Source of the DNA: Entomortierella parvispora E1425
Taxonomy: Eukaryota > Fungi > Mortierellomycota
NCBI GenBank assembly: GCA_020891255.1
Contig: BQFW01000004.1
Coordinates: 2,480,001-2,544,000, forward strand
Reading direction: 5' to 3'
DNA: 64,000 bases
Positions 34,591 through 47,888 of this stretch are shown piece by piece. The notes under the pieces are model-generated. The model saw only the letters and a program-made list of their open reading frames with translations. It was not told the DNA's origin and made no database searches. Position numbers and translations under genes: made by a program. Numbering within the stretch: position 1 is the stretch's first letter; each line of letters starts with the position of its first letter.

Positions 34591-37500
34591 TCACTGTGAT
34601 GAAGTCGTAGGGGCAATCAAAAAGTCCTCGTCGTCTGTGTCACTGCCGACTCTATCATCATCTGTGTACTTTGCCACAGAACCCACCCGCGTCTGGGATT
34701 CCATGCGACTCGCTGTCGGGCCGAGCTCCTCTTCTTCGTCGTCGACTTCGCCCACATCATACAAGATTCTTGATTGTCTAGAAGGTCGTCCTCGGCTGCT
34801 CCTGGAACGCTGGGACCGTCCCCCTCGGGCATTTCCACCACTTCCAAGACGAGTCGTCGGCAAAAGACCGATATCGCCCTCCTCTCGACTGTACGATCGC
34901 CTTACTCCGAGGATGCCTTCTCGGATACTGGTGTACCGTCCTCGGCCGTCCAACTTGTGTTTTGTCATGTATCCAACAATCAGACCGCCTAGACCAATGA
35001 CTCCAATAAAGACATAAAATGTGTGGCTAAAACCGAAGCCCCAGTCATCCTCTGAGAACTGGTCATCGAGCTCCGCTTTAAGCTTGGTGTCCTTAGCCTC
35101 ATCCTCGAGCAAATCCTCTTCAGACACCTCATTGCCGCTGTCCTTGTCATTGATTTGTCCATGCTTCCTGCTCGAGCCTTCAGTAACACGGTCATGTTCC
35201 GATTGATCTGTCCCCAATTCACTTCCTGTGTCAGACTCTGGATCACCCAAGATAAGCTTACTCTTTCCTGTATCTCCCGAAGTCTCCTCATCGTCGCTGA
35301 CGCCGACTTCTTTAATGGCACCGTCCTTGAGCATGATGGGTGTCTCGGTCTCCGTCAAAATCTGATCGTCATCCAAGGACTCGTCTTTTGAGGGATCCGA
35401 TTCAGACTTGTCTACTTGCTGCTCAACCTCTCCCCAAAATTGGATCCTCCAATCCACAAACTTGCCCTTGGCCGCTGGGTTATTCTGATCCCGTACGGTC
35501 AAAGTCCAATCTCCAATCGGACTCTCACCCCTAAAAAGTAGATCAAAGAATGAATGTCATTAGCCGACCCTCATAAATGGCTGGGCAGTGTTGTGCCAGA
35601 AGATTGTACCACACCTACCAATGCTTCACAGACATAAAAGTCCAGTTCACGAATCCATGAGTAGAAGTATCGAGCCGTCGCCTAGCTCCTAGAAGCGATT
35701 GGACTTGGTTCGGACTCGTCAGGATCACTTCAACATCGCCTCGCCTCTGATGCTTGATGTTGACTGTCACTGTGATGTGCTCAAGAGTGCTTAACTTGAC
35801 ACTGGGTGCTGTCAAGTCATCTGCTGTGACGGTCAAGACTGAGGACACCCCTTTGCTTCCATACGCGATATTTTCATTGACGGTCACCACAGGTGGATAA
35901 AAGAACGTTTGCATTCCCAACGATTTGAAGTCCTTGGCGGCTTCTACAAGGGCATAGGCGTCCAGATTTCCATACCCAAACTTGTGGTTAAACATTCGAC
36001 CTGCTGCTGTCCTTGTCCAGTCCCGATCGTGAGTGGCCACGGGGACAGCCGTAACCATGAATAGGTATTGGACATCTCTCCAAGTAAGATCGGGACGGAC
36101 AGAAAGCATCAGCGCAACCATACCGGCGGCGATGGGTGCTGCAGCACTAGTTCCTCCGTGTTGACTGAAACATCGACGTTCACCCACATCGCAAGTATAC
36201 TAACAAAAAGATTGTGACATGTTCGTGAGCTTGATATCTCCAGTACAAAGGGAGAGTGCTGTCAAGAAGGGCAACTTACAATGGCACTTCCACCACCGTT
36301 GCTGTAGGTGACCGCCAGCTGAGCTGAGCACGCCTCAGAGTAATAAGGGTGCTCATGAGCTCGGTCAATAGCTCCAATGCTGACGGTATAGAGACTGTTC
36401 GTGTAGCCATCAAAGTTGCAGTCATCGTCCTGACCGCCTCCGTTGCCCGTCGCAAAGACATAGATGCTGCCTAGACCGGATCGCCCATTCTTGATCCCGT
36501 TGATCATGGCATCTAGTACCACCCCTTTGGGACCGTCCATTGATTTGCCATCATCGGGTGGTCCCCAACTACAAGAGTAGATATGATTCTCATGAAAGTT
36601 ATAGTTCAAGGCCGCAGCCTCATCCACGTCCGTGATCTGTCCAGAGAGAATGCGAAGTCCTGCAACTTTGGCTCCATAGGCGACACCAAGTCCACAAAGA
36701 TCGTTCTTGGCTGCCGCAATCTCGCCTGCACATCGGGTTCCATGTTGGTCGTCTATCAGCCTGGGCTTTGGCAGGGCTGTATGGTCGTTAAAGTCCCATG
36801 ATCCCTCTTTAAACTGTGAAGGGACGGACACCAGGTGCAGCGGACATGTTAGTCTCGAAAGATGTGATTAGATTTGACTGCCTGGCAGTTTCTCTCATGA
36901 GGCCATCTTACAAAGTTCGGCGCAAGATCTTCACTTGTCATATCCAATCCATCGTCGATGATAGCAACATTGACTCCAGTGCCATTAATTCCTATCCGTG
37001 AAATCAGGGACAGGTCTATATTAGTATCCATTGTCATCACGCATAGAGACCCGTCTCCACTCCTATCCAGTGGAAGCCTGCTCGATACCTTGCTCCCAGA
37101 CTCCTGTAACATTGATATCATGTCTATCCTTGGTGTTGTGCTATGTAGCAGGAAGAAAGGGAGGGATCCCAAACAGTTAATACAGGTGAGATCGACCCTT
37201 TTGGATAGAGGCAAGACAATAATCCCATGGATTCCTTCTTACTAGATGCCATTGATACTTGAATCCTGGATCCCCAATCTCAAACATTGTCGCGACTTGA
37301 TCCTCAGGTTGTTCCTCACCCACTTGGTCGCTCATGTCCTCCTCCGATTCCTGGCCTTCTGCCTCGCCTTCTTGCTCCGAATCTCCATCAGTGCCACCTT
37401 CAGCGTCGACCTCTGAGACCTGCTCAGTGTCTTCTGTGTCCTCCATCTGGTCTTCATCCATTTGCACATCATCCTCATTCTCTTCTGATCCCTCGCCGTC

Positions 37501-38415
37501 CTCGTCGTCCTGGCGTCCTCTTCCTGACAAGGGTCTACGCCTTCTCAATTCCTGTTCTAGTGGTTTCTGTACTAGTGATGGATTCGATTGCCCCAAGGGA
37601 TCGTCCGGTAACGGTGCTCTCTTCTTGATCCGTTGTCGCAGTTCCTGTTTATGGATCTCGCCCATCATCCCCATGACCTCTCTCTCCAACAAGAGTGCAT
37701 GCCGGTTTTCCGTCTCCCCTGCTCGTTTCTCCAACCGAGTCCCAACATCCTGGCCGCTGACCGTGTCTGCTTCTTCTTCCGTCGCCGCCGCCGCCTGTGC
37801 GATTTCAGGGAGTCGTCGTTTGATGTCATTAAACCGCTCTACGATCGGATCTGGCAAAGCGTCCGCAACGGCTTGTCCTATCAAGATCTCGTCCTCTTGT
37901 TCGTGTGGCTGTTCTTCTCCTTCCTGTCTCCCCGAGAGAGAGTCGAGCGGCGATTCGGCTCTGGCAGTAAGGGGTGAGCGAGCACAAGACTTTATGCCCA
38001 GATCCAGAGATCGTTTAGAATGTCGTCGTCGTGGCAACTGCTGACGCTCCTTTAAAGATCCTTGCTGGGGTCTCGCTACGCTAAAAAGATAATAGTCGGA
38101 CAAGGCGCCTACTCTGGATTCAAACTGGAGTCCCAAGAGTCGACCGAGAGCTTGTTGTTGTTCTTTGTGAAGTTGTGGGAGCGGAACCTGGGATTCAGCA
38201 GAGCTCGTAGCAGCTGCCATAAAGTCGAGCGAGTCTGTGACGGGGGAAGCTGCAGTGGAAGCGATTTGGATCAGATAGTAATCCTTGTGGTCATGGTCGT
38301 ATTCAGGAATGTAGTCGACAGCTCTGGAGGCCAGAGATGTCCTGGCAAGATAAACAACGGTGGACAAGATGGCGATCCAGCCTGCGAAGCGTAACCGTGT
38401 GCCTGATGAGTCCAT
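34591..38415 (-). CDS. KEX2: Kexin (Kex2-like proprotein convertase), paralogue A, with expanded prodomain and acidic spacer
   Basis: Signal peptide; IIDDGLD, HGTRCAGEIAA, ATGNGG, HGGTSAAAPIAAG (intact triad and oxyanion Asn); P-domain LEHITVTVNIKHQRRGDVEV; TM FYVFIGVIGLGGLIVGYM. Confidence 0.93.
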
Positions 38416-39054
38416 TGCAAGTGGATTCTATGTATTAGAAGTATGGGAGCGATAAGGGAGGAAGAGAAGGGGAAGGAATGAAAGAATCCACAAAAGAAAA
38501 AAGTGAGGGTCCCTTTCTTTTGATCCAGAGAACTGCAAGGGGGTCCAAAAGGGTGGGATGTATAAATAAGTCCAAACGCAAAGGAGGCGGTTTTCACCTT
38601 GGAACGTGGGTGCAGAGGGTGGGGATGGAGGGATGAATGAATGAATGAATGAAGAGGGAATGAATGAAGAAAGAAGCAAGACGAAAAGCGATTCCCATCG
38701 CTGCAACCCCTCTCTCTCTTTTCATTGCACAGACAACCCCCCTAGCAAACACACAAACTCGACGCGACCACAGTCTGAGCAGACAGGGGTCGAGAAATGT
38801 AATGGTCCGAACACGCTTCTTTCTACGCGTCACTTTTGGGCCATGTCTCCTTGACATGCTCTTCTGCAGGTCACAGGTCGCTCTTATCTTTTCCTTCTTT
38901 TTAGTAGAATGAATGCATGGCGCCGAGGTGGGGTTTTGGTATCTATCTATCGATTCAATAATACAGCAAATCAATCGGTCCTCCTCGTTGTCGAGAAAAA
39001 CGACTTCTTTTTTTTTCGTACGAGGACTTTTCTGTCTTTCCAACTCTTGTTCTT

Positions 39055-42000
39055 CTAGCGACGGCCCTGGCCATCCTTGGTCTTGACCAACGAGCTGAAT
39101 TCATCCCAATCGCCTCGGACCTTCTTGCCCGCGCCACCAGGGTGATCCTCAAAGTCATCATCCTCATCATACTCGTCGTCATCTTCTCCATCATCATCTC
39201 TCTCCGCCACCTCAAAACTACTCTCCCGTTCAATCTCCTCGCCACTCGACAGCGGGCTTGGGATCGTATCCCGGACATTGGTGAAAGGGGACGAAGGCGC
39301 TGATGACGAAGACTTGGCCTCCTTCATTCCCGTCATAGAATCCTCATGGCCGTTGTCGTCCACGAGGTTACTCCTGTCAAAGAGAATCCTGCGGGAATCT
39401 GGATCAACGTCGTCGTCGTCATCTTCATCGTCATCGCTTCCTCCGAGCTCATGAGTCGGCAACTCATCAAACTCATAGTCGCCCCGACGACCCAGCAATC
39501 CACCTCGCTGTCCAGCTTCCTCATCATCCCTGGCCGATCCAAAAATGTTTCGTGGGTTGGTGCGTTGGCGATGCATCAGGAACAAGGCAGCACCAATGGC
39601 TACAAACATACCCGCAAACATCACATAGATAAACGGACTAATATGCACCATCACACGACCGTCTTCTTCTGGTTGACTGGTGGGTGCTGGAATGGCAGCT
39701 GACGTTGTTGGTTGTGCTGGTGGGGGTTTCACGGGTGGAGGTGGGGGTGGTGCAGTTTGTCCAGCCTCGATAGCGCCATGCAATCCAAGCTTCCAATCCA
39801 AGAACGTGCCAGTGTTGGTGGCGTTGGTGCGGTCATAGACGGTCAGCGTCCAAGCTCCCACTGGGTCCTCATCCCAATGTTTGACACTCATAAAAGTCCA
39901 GTTCACAAAGCCATCAGTGCTGGCGTCCAATGGGCGAGCGACGGCGAGTTTGGAGACAATGCGGTTAGGACTGGTGAGCTCTACCTCCACCTCTCCCCGG
40001 AATGTATGCTGGATGTTGACGGTGACTGTAACATGCTCGAGTGATGCGATCTTGGCATTCTTCGTGGCTTCCTTTGTCACAAGGAAAACAGAGGGCAGGC
40101 CGAGTTCTCCAGTGTGTCCTGAGGCATCGTCTACGCCAGAAGGAATGTCGCCTTCGACTCGAATAACGGGAGATTCATACGAGACTTGTTCTGGCACCGA
40201 TACCCAAGTCTTGGCTGCCTCCACCATGGCATAGGCATCCAGACTGCCATATCCGTATTTGTGGTTGAACAAGCGTCCAACTGCGGTTTCTGTCCAGTCT
40301 GTGTCGGTCTCGTCAATAGGCACAGCGGTAAGGATGGTCAAGTGTTGAATATCACGCCAGTTCAGATCCGGTCTATTGCATATAGGAACATCACGATGAT
40401 GATTAAATCCTGTGCTTTTGCATCATATAGCTGCAAAGTAGAGAATACCAAGAAGCTCTTAGCACTTACCTGACTTCAAGCACCAGGGCAAAGATTCCAG
40501 CTGCAATTGGGGCAGCAGCCGAGGTTCCACTGTGGCGGTTGAAGCAGTTTCTCTTGCCAACATCGCACGTGTACTATAAACAGCAGCAAAGACACAAGTT
40601 CAAAAATAGATCCCAGAATCAGCCAACACATCCATGAAAAAAAAAAAAATCTAGGGGGACGAGCCCCTCTTTGGCTTGACCATCCATATCATAAGGAGAC
40701 TTACAATCCAACTGTTGTCTCCTGAGCTATAAGTCACTCCGAGCTGTGCAGAACATGCTTCAGAGTAAACGGGGTGCTGGTTGGTCCGGGTGATGGCTCC
40801 GATCGAGACAGTGTATCGACTGTTGGCGTACCCGTCAAAGTTACAGTTGTCATAGTACCGTCCACCGTTTCCAGTGGCGAAAACATAGATGCTTCCTTTG
40901 CCTCCACGTCCATTCGTGATGCCATTCACGAATGCATCCAGCAACATTCCTGTGGGACCATCCATGGTCTTGCCATCGTCTGTTGGGCCCCAACTGCAAG
41001 AGTAAATCTGGGTCTCGTTGTATCCATAGTTCAAAGCTTCTGCCTCCTGCACATCCGTGATGGGTTCCGAGAGGATACGGATTCCCGCTACCTTGGCATC
41101 CCATGCAACACCGACACCGCAGAGGTTGTTCCTCGCCGATGCAATCTCTCCTGCACACCGAGTTCCATGGTTGTCTGGATTATCGTCAAATTTCTTTGGC
41201 AGCGGCAGCTCCTGGTTGTCGTTAAAATCATGAGAGCCAAGCTTGTACTGCAAAGAGAGAGAGGGGGAGATAGCAGAAGTGTTTGAAAGGGGGAGAGAAC
41301 CATTCAGAGATGTTAGTCGAGACAGGACCACAGGACAAGGCCACGTTCTTCCACGGAGCCTCCCGAAAGAATGAGCATTCTATGCGTTGTCAAAATACAG
41401 CTAGCCCACGCCTCTTTGGACTCGACTTACAAAGTTTGGAGCCAGGTCCTCGCTGTATGCATCCAGACCATCATCAATGATGGCCACTAATGCGCCCTTT
41501 CCGGTGACGCCCTGGTCCCAGACACCTGTTACGTTGATATCGTTTCCTGGCTGGAGGGTATTGTGCTATGGGGACCAAAAAAAAAAAAAAAAAAAAAAAG
41601 AGGTCAATCAAAAGATACGTCCCACTGTCTCCTGTTGATCCCTGACTTTGGGAACGAAACGGTCCCTGAACCCTTGCTCTCTTCTTGTTGTGTCCAACTC
41701 TCCCCTGCAACAAAAAGGCAAGGGGCAAGTGGGTGCACTCTATGGGCTGATCACCTACCAGATGCCATTGGTATACGAATCCTGGGTCAGCAAGCTGTAA
41801 ATGGGCCTTCATTCCGTCGGGGGGCTGCTGTTCTCCAGGTGTGTGCTCATCCCTAGGCTCGAGTGCTGCATGCAATATCCTCTTGACTCTCTTTCTCAGC
41901 GACTGTTTCTCGATCTGTCCTAGAGGATGCTCCTCCTCATCGCTCAAGTTTGCGCCATCATTCCCAGAGACTCCTCGCTTCCTGAGCAACTGCAGATGGA

Positions 42001-42361
42001 ATGCCTTGGACTGCTTGAGGTCATGGTATCTCTGGAGGACAATATCCTGGTATTCGCCTTCGGTTGTAAAGGTGGCATTCGCTGACACTCTGTGGTAATC
42101 ATCAGACCGCTTCTCGTGCATGGTCTTGGGGTAACTGAAGAGATGGTAATTGGCGAGCTCTCCCACCTGGCCCAGGTACTGGACGCCAAGGTGTCCAGCC
42201 AGCTCGTGAGGTAAAGGTGCTGTGGCGGGATCATTCAGCTTGATGGCATAGTAGTGAAAGTTGTCATTGTCGTGCAAATGCGGTTGCTTTACGGCAACGA
42301 CGGATGATGACCATGTGCCAGCAAGGGCCATTGCACCCATCAGGAGCAGAGTGGGCTGCAT
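39055..42361 (-). CDS. KEX2: Kexin (Kex2-like proprotein convertase), paralogue B, canonical architecture
   Basis: Signal peptide; prodomain ending LRKRVKR; IIDDGLD, HGTRCAGEIAS, ATGNGG, HSGTSAAAPIAAG; P-domain; Pro/Thr stalk; TM; cytosolic YEFDEL plus acidic cluster. Confidence 0.95.
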
Positions 42362-42803
42362 AGGTCAATGATAGAGAAGGGGGAAAGAGGAAGGGAAGGG
42401 GAGAGGAGGAGGGGGGGGGAGAGGAGGAGGAGGAGGAGAGGAGGAGGAGGAGGAGAGGAAGGGTGGAGAGTGGCACTGAACAAAAAGACCTATTCTATGG
42501 ATTACAGCCAAGTGTCAGTAAGTGATGAAGCAATGGATTGATGCAAAGAGTGTGGAGAAGAAAGAAGAATGAATGGAAGGAAACATGCACGGGCAGTTGA
42601 AAGTGCGACCGACTCCTCCAAGAGAAATTCGACCGATGGTTCGTCCGTGTGCTCGTCCGTGTGCGACAGTCGTCAATTTCCTATTTTCAATTTCATCTTA
42701 GAGCTTGTACGTGGCAATGGTGCGGCGCACAAAAGTCAGGGCAGTTTGGGGCGGTGCATGTTCTTGCCAACGGGGTTTCTTTTGTTTTATTGTTCACTCC
42801 CGT

Positions 42804-45800
42804 TTACCGAACTACATTGATTGTTGCTGCTGGTGTTGATGTTGCTGCTGTAGCCATGGTAGTTGCAGTTTGCGCCTGTAGTGGTGGTTGCCCCTGATGG
42901 ACAAGTCGATCAAGATGGCGCAACTGGAACGCTGAATCGACAGTGTCCAAGACAGGCTTGTTCTGTTGCGCTTGCTGACTAGCCTTGATGCCCTGAGATG
43001 TCCTCAAGTAGAGATCTAAGTGGCAAGTCAAGGGTGTTGGAGGATGAGTGAAATTGGTCCGCCGTGATAAACCAAGCTCTGAGAATACTATCATTTATCG
43101 TCATCACCAACACCATCAGAATCAAGACCTTTACCTTTCAACGTAGATCCAGCCGCTGCAGCAACTACCATGTTGCCAGTCTTGGCTGCATGGACAAATC
43201 CGGTCATCAGCATCTTTTCAGCCTGATCGTCGTGCGTTTGCATGTATACATTGCCCAGAAGAAGCAGCGTCAAACTCCTCATCTGGGTATTGAGTAGAGT
43301 ACTCGAGAGTTTTAACGCCTCTTGCAGATGTTGCCTGGTAATGAGCGGGAATGTGTGAGTTAGAAGAGTAAAGGTACCCCAATAGTCTGTCAGCTCAATG
43401 CTAAAAGGCGTACCTGGCTGGGATGAGTCCTTCTTTGGTCCAGCTGTCGACAATATGCAAAGCGCAACGGAAGTTTGTCGAGGAGATGGACGCGTGTCTT
43501 GTCTTTGCTTCCGTTATGAGATCCTTCACCTGTGGGACAAAATATAACGCTTAGCATCGTCGCTTAACTACATCGTCCCTCACATTCGGCGTCTTGGAAT
43601 ATCTCTCTACCTTTTGCATATTAAAATGTCTGTCTCCGCAATAAATGAGGGCCGTGTTGATCATTGCCAGCGATCTGGCATCATATCCCTCTGGGTCTTC
43701 ATGGCTGTCTGCGGTGTGGCTCGTGCAAATACTGTACCACTCGAGTGCTTCATCCAATCGACCACCTAGTTGCATCATCATACCGACCGATAACGACACC
43801 CTCCACTTGAACACGTCCCACAGTCCGCAGACCTTGGACCAATATGTCGCCTTCAATATCGTCTACAGGTTGATAAAAAAAGACGGCCCGGATTTGAAGG
43901 CAGGGATGAGAATGTGCAAAGCAATCTAAAAGACAGGATCGCATACAGTTTTGTCGACCATCTACTGAATACTCTGTACCTCCTCTGCCGAGACCAGATC
44001 AAACTTGAGCAGAAATACGTCCGAAAGGTGCAAGAGCATGGACATCATGAGTAACGAGAACCAACGCTGTTTGCCGCGGACGTGCAAAGTGGTGGTGGCA
44101 ACTATACAGACAACAATAGCCATTAATTACAAGTTCAAAAGTCAGGACGGCAAAAACACAAACTTCTTACAGTCATCGACACTGAATTCACCTGTGACGA
44201 TGGAATGCCAAAGAGGGGTTATTACTTGAGCAGGCGAACCACACAGTTAATCAGAGGTTTTTTTTCGGTGAGAGGACTTACGATCTACAACTTTGATCCC
44301 TTCGATCAGGAACTGTTCTGATTTCATTGGTTGAGTCATATCAGCCTTACTGCAGATCCCTGACAGTAAGTATGTCAGACAATAGACCTGCGAAAACGAC
44401 ATCCACCTGATACGGATATATGGGATCTCTGCCTGCTGGGGTGGTAGTCCTTGATGTTGCCCTTGTTGTAGTGCCTGTGGCTCCTGAGGTCGTGAAAGGA
44501 GACTTTGGAGTGGAATCTTGAATACGCCTTGCAATTCGTCCGCATCTTTCGGCCGGGTCTCGTCTAAGGCGCTATGCAGCGCTGTCAAAGCCGCTAGCGC
44601 CTTGGTAGTATTACCACAACGAAGCATACATGAGATATAAAGAATAAGGAAGAAGACTCGCAACTGTTTCGAGTCACAGTGTCGGGTCGGCGTTGATGGC
44701 GTTTGCTGTTGCTGCGGCGACTCTGTTATATCGAGAACATGATCCTGATCCATGAATGGAGTCAACTTTCGGAGGTAGACCATTGCGTGGTCCCAATTTG
44801 AAAACATTAAAGAATACTGTCCTGCGACAATCCAGAATGCCATCTAGAGCGCGCGAGGGTGTAAATGAGGACAACAATGTTAGCGCTTTGAGTCTCCTCA
44901 TCACCGGCTTTGTCATAGACAAGGGCACAAATGAATGTGCTATATTCACCTTCAAGTCGAAATCTCCCCGCTTTTCCGCTAGAGCAGCTCCCTGATTCAA
45001 GGTGTTCAAACTACCGGCAACATCGTTGGTCAAGAAAAAGACGTGCGCTTTCCGAAGGTAAAACTGATACATCCACCAATGTAGCTCCTGCCTATTAAAG
45101 CAGCAAAAAAAAAACAAGACGGTTAGATGCTACTTCAGAAGAATGAAGAGTCCTCCAGGAATCAAGTCGGTTGGGCTGCTTTGCCGGATCACTTACTTTG
45201 CTGCTTCCTTGGCAGCAAGCTTCAATGTGTTCTTGGCGAGTCGGAACCGCTTTGTTTCCACATAGATCTGTATTTGCAAATCGTAGAGGCGAAGCTGGAT
45301 ATCGCGAGCCGCTGATCCTTCAATCTAAATACGCAACACATTGGATGGTCTGTTAGAGAGGTCCGGGAAAGAAACGATATCGAAAGAGGAGCTCAGGTTT
45401 CCAATCTTACAGAATCGACAATCAAGATCTAAATTAAACAAGGAACCCCATATCATCAAAACGACGATGTTCTGTTAGATTACACATCGAGAGGAAAAAC
45501 AGGAGGAAAACTTCGTGCGTCCTCCTTCTAGATCCTCGATCCTTCTTACCGCCTTGTCGACTTCTGCTTCCGATCGATCCAGACTTTCGGTTTCCTCGAA
45601 CAAAATCTGGGCAAGTCGAAGCCTGGTCTTGGCTTTGTCAACCTGCATCATCGAAGGTGACTCCAGAGTGGAACAGGCTACCAGACACTTGACTGCTGTA
45701 AAGACTAGCTTGTGGTGACGCTCGCGCCACTCTGCTTGCGAGGTAGGTTGGGTAGTGGCGACAAAGCAAAGCGAGCGTGCCTGGTTCATACAATCCTCGG

Positions 45801-45921
45801 CGATGGCCCAGAGAAGAACGTGTGTCTTTCCTTGACTAATAAGAGACGGAACCTCTCCTGTGGCCATGGGGGTCGTTGCGATGGGTGTTGTCATTGCAGC
45901 ATCGAGAAGATCTTTATGCAT
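42804..45921 (-). CDS. MAU2: Cohesin loader subunit Mau2/Scc4 (TPR-like), multi-exon
   Basis: HHKLVFTAVKCLVAC...DKAKTRLRLAQILFEETESLDRSEAEVDKA matches the Scc4/Mau2 N-terminus as recalled. Later helical exons WWMYQFY..., QVYCLTYLLSGI and NTQMRSLTLLLLGNVY. Confidence 0.85.
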
Positions 45922-46023
45922 GACTAGCAAATGGAAGATGGGAATGAAGGATGGAGTATGAAGGCAAATGTTGTCAATTCAAACAAAAAGTAGTTTGGTG
46001 GCAAAAATCCGTTTATTTTTTTT

Positions 46024-47623
46024 TTAGACCGCGCTTTGAAGCTGGGTTCGCATCTTGTCCCTCCACTCTTGGTAGTGAGCATACGCCCTTGTGTCTTGGT
46101 ATCTGAGGCGAGGGATCTAACAGGATAAAGAACGGTCAAAACAGGCATATTCATGGACACAGACAGACACCAACGCTCTTGTTGTCCAAATGTCCACCTT
46201 GGTAAAAAAAAAAACTTACCATATTGTAAACTCCTCCTGTTCTACGCCGCCCTCTTTGTTTTGCAGCCGTCGTTTGCAGGTCTTTGCGAGCTCCCTTCTT
46301 TGGTTTCATGATACCAGAAGACGAGATCGCCGTCGTCGCTGTGCTTTGATTTTCTTCCACCGCCGAATCCACTTTTGTTCTCTTGGACGGCCGACTTGGC
46401 TTGGCTGGAGCATTTTCTTTGGAACCTTGCTCGCCCTCGCCATCAGAGGCAAGAGACATCTGGCTAACATTGGATATGGTCCTCTTGGTGCCACGTCCTG
46501 TCACTCTACTACCAGGCAACCCTGACTCTGTAGAATCCATAAAAGGATTACTAGATGCGGCCGACTCCCGTTGTTGTTGCTGCTTCAACTGCAACAGTTT
46601 CTGAGCCTCGGCGCCTCCTCGGGTGGGTATAACTATATCGACTCCCAAATCTCCTGATGTGGATGAAGTTTTTCGCTTCCTGGGTGTGGAAGGTGCCGAT
46701 ACTGTCGAAGCACTGCCGCCTTTGACCTTCTTCAAGGAACACAGGTACTGTTGAGCATACTGTTCTATCAGCCGAATGGTCGTATCCAAGTCCTTTTGCT
46801 GAACCTTGTGTTCCACAGCCGTCATGACCAACTCTTTCAACTCCTTGCTTCCACGTCCTCCAATCTTTTTCGGAGCCTTGTCTGTCGTTTTCCCTGCAAT
46901 CTCTTCAGGTGTAGCATTCATCCCCTTGGCCATTGCACACAACCAGAACGAGGCCCCGACCCATTTGGGGTCTGAATAATTCATCTGGAGTTGTTGTGCC
47001 GGCGGTAGCGTGAGGAACCAACAGGGAAAGAACTGCTCCAGACATTCGAGAACAACCTCATAAAGCTCCATGGATCCATATTGGACTGCCATTTGTCGCA
47101 AATACGTCAAAGACGTCCTTGTCAATGACGCACAGAGCTTTGCATGACGAGAATTGCTGGAGAGGTTTGTATCCAGTGTCGAATTTGATCCTCGCCCTTC
47201 TCCCTGTCGATCAATGCCCGTCGCACTGCTTTGTTTGGATCCCCCTGGTAAAAATCGATCGAGGGTCTGAAGGGTCGAAGTGTAAACTGGCACCGATGTT
47301 GCTGAGAGTCGGATTAACGCTTGACGGGACACTTCGATTTTGAGTCTACATAAAAGCCCACGGTTAGCATGAGTTGAGTGGAAGTGGAGAAAATAAAAAG
47401 GGGGAGCAAACCTGGAGAGACTGAAGGCTGTTCACCAACAGAACAGTACCTTTTAGCGGCAATATCAACACAAATGGCAGCATGACATGGATGATTCTTG
47501 AATGAACTGTTGGCTTGTACCGCGTCCAGAAATGCACATGCCTTGTCTGCAAGCGATGTCCGGTGATCAAGATAGAGTCTCTCAAGGATTTCAGTTACGT
47601 CGCGTCGTGACATTACAGAGGAA
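46024..47623 (-). CDS. ORC6: Origin recognition complex subunit 6, 3 exons
   Basis: HPCHAAICVDIAAKR; SRQALIRLSATSVPVY; LRQMAVQYGSMEL...DPKWVGASFWLCA (TFIIB-like repeats); basic disordered linker; C-terminal helix YAHYQEWRDKM. Confidence 0.8.
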
Positions 47624-47888
47624 AGCACATGAAGGAATGAAATGAATTGAACGAGCCTGGAAACGTTTCTGGGTCTTTTTGCAATGGTGGCGGTGGCTTA
47701 GGTCATTTTTTTTTTTTTTTTTTCTTTGGGAGGGGCACACGATGATGATTGATTCCGACAGGTTTCTTTTATCGTTGGTTTTGAAAGCATGAAAGCAATG
47801 AACAAAAAGGAAAGAACGCGCGCCCATCCTCAGGACAATACAATGGCAAAAAAAGGAGAAAGAGAGAGGAGTAACAAAAAAGTACGTT

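Noticed and set aside
37287-38394. Plus-strand ORFs, including the Ser-rich 236-aa ORF 37334-38044
   Set aside because: Antisense shadows of the acidic kexin A pro-region.
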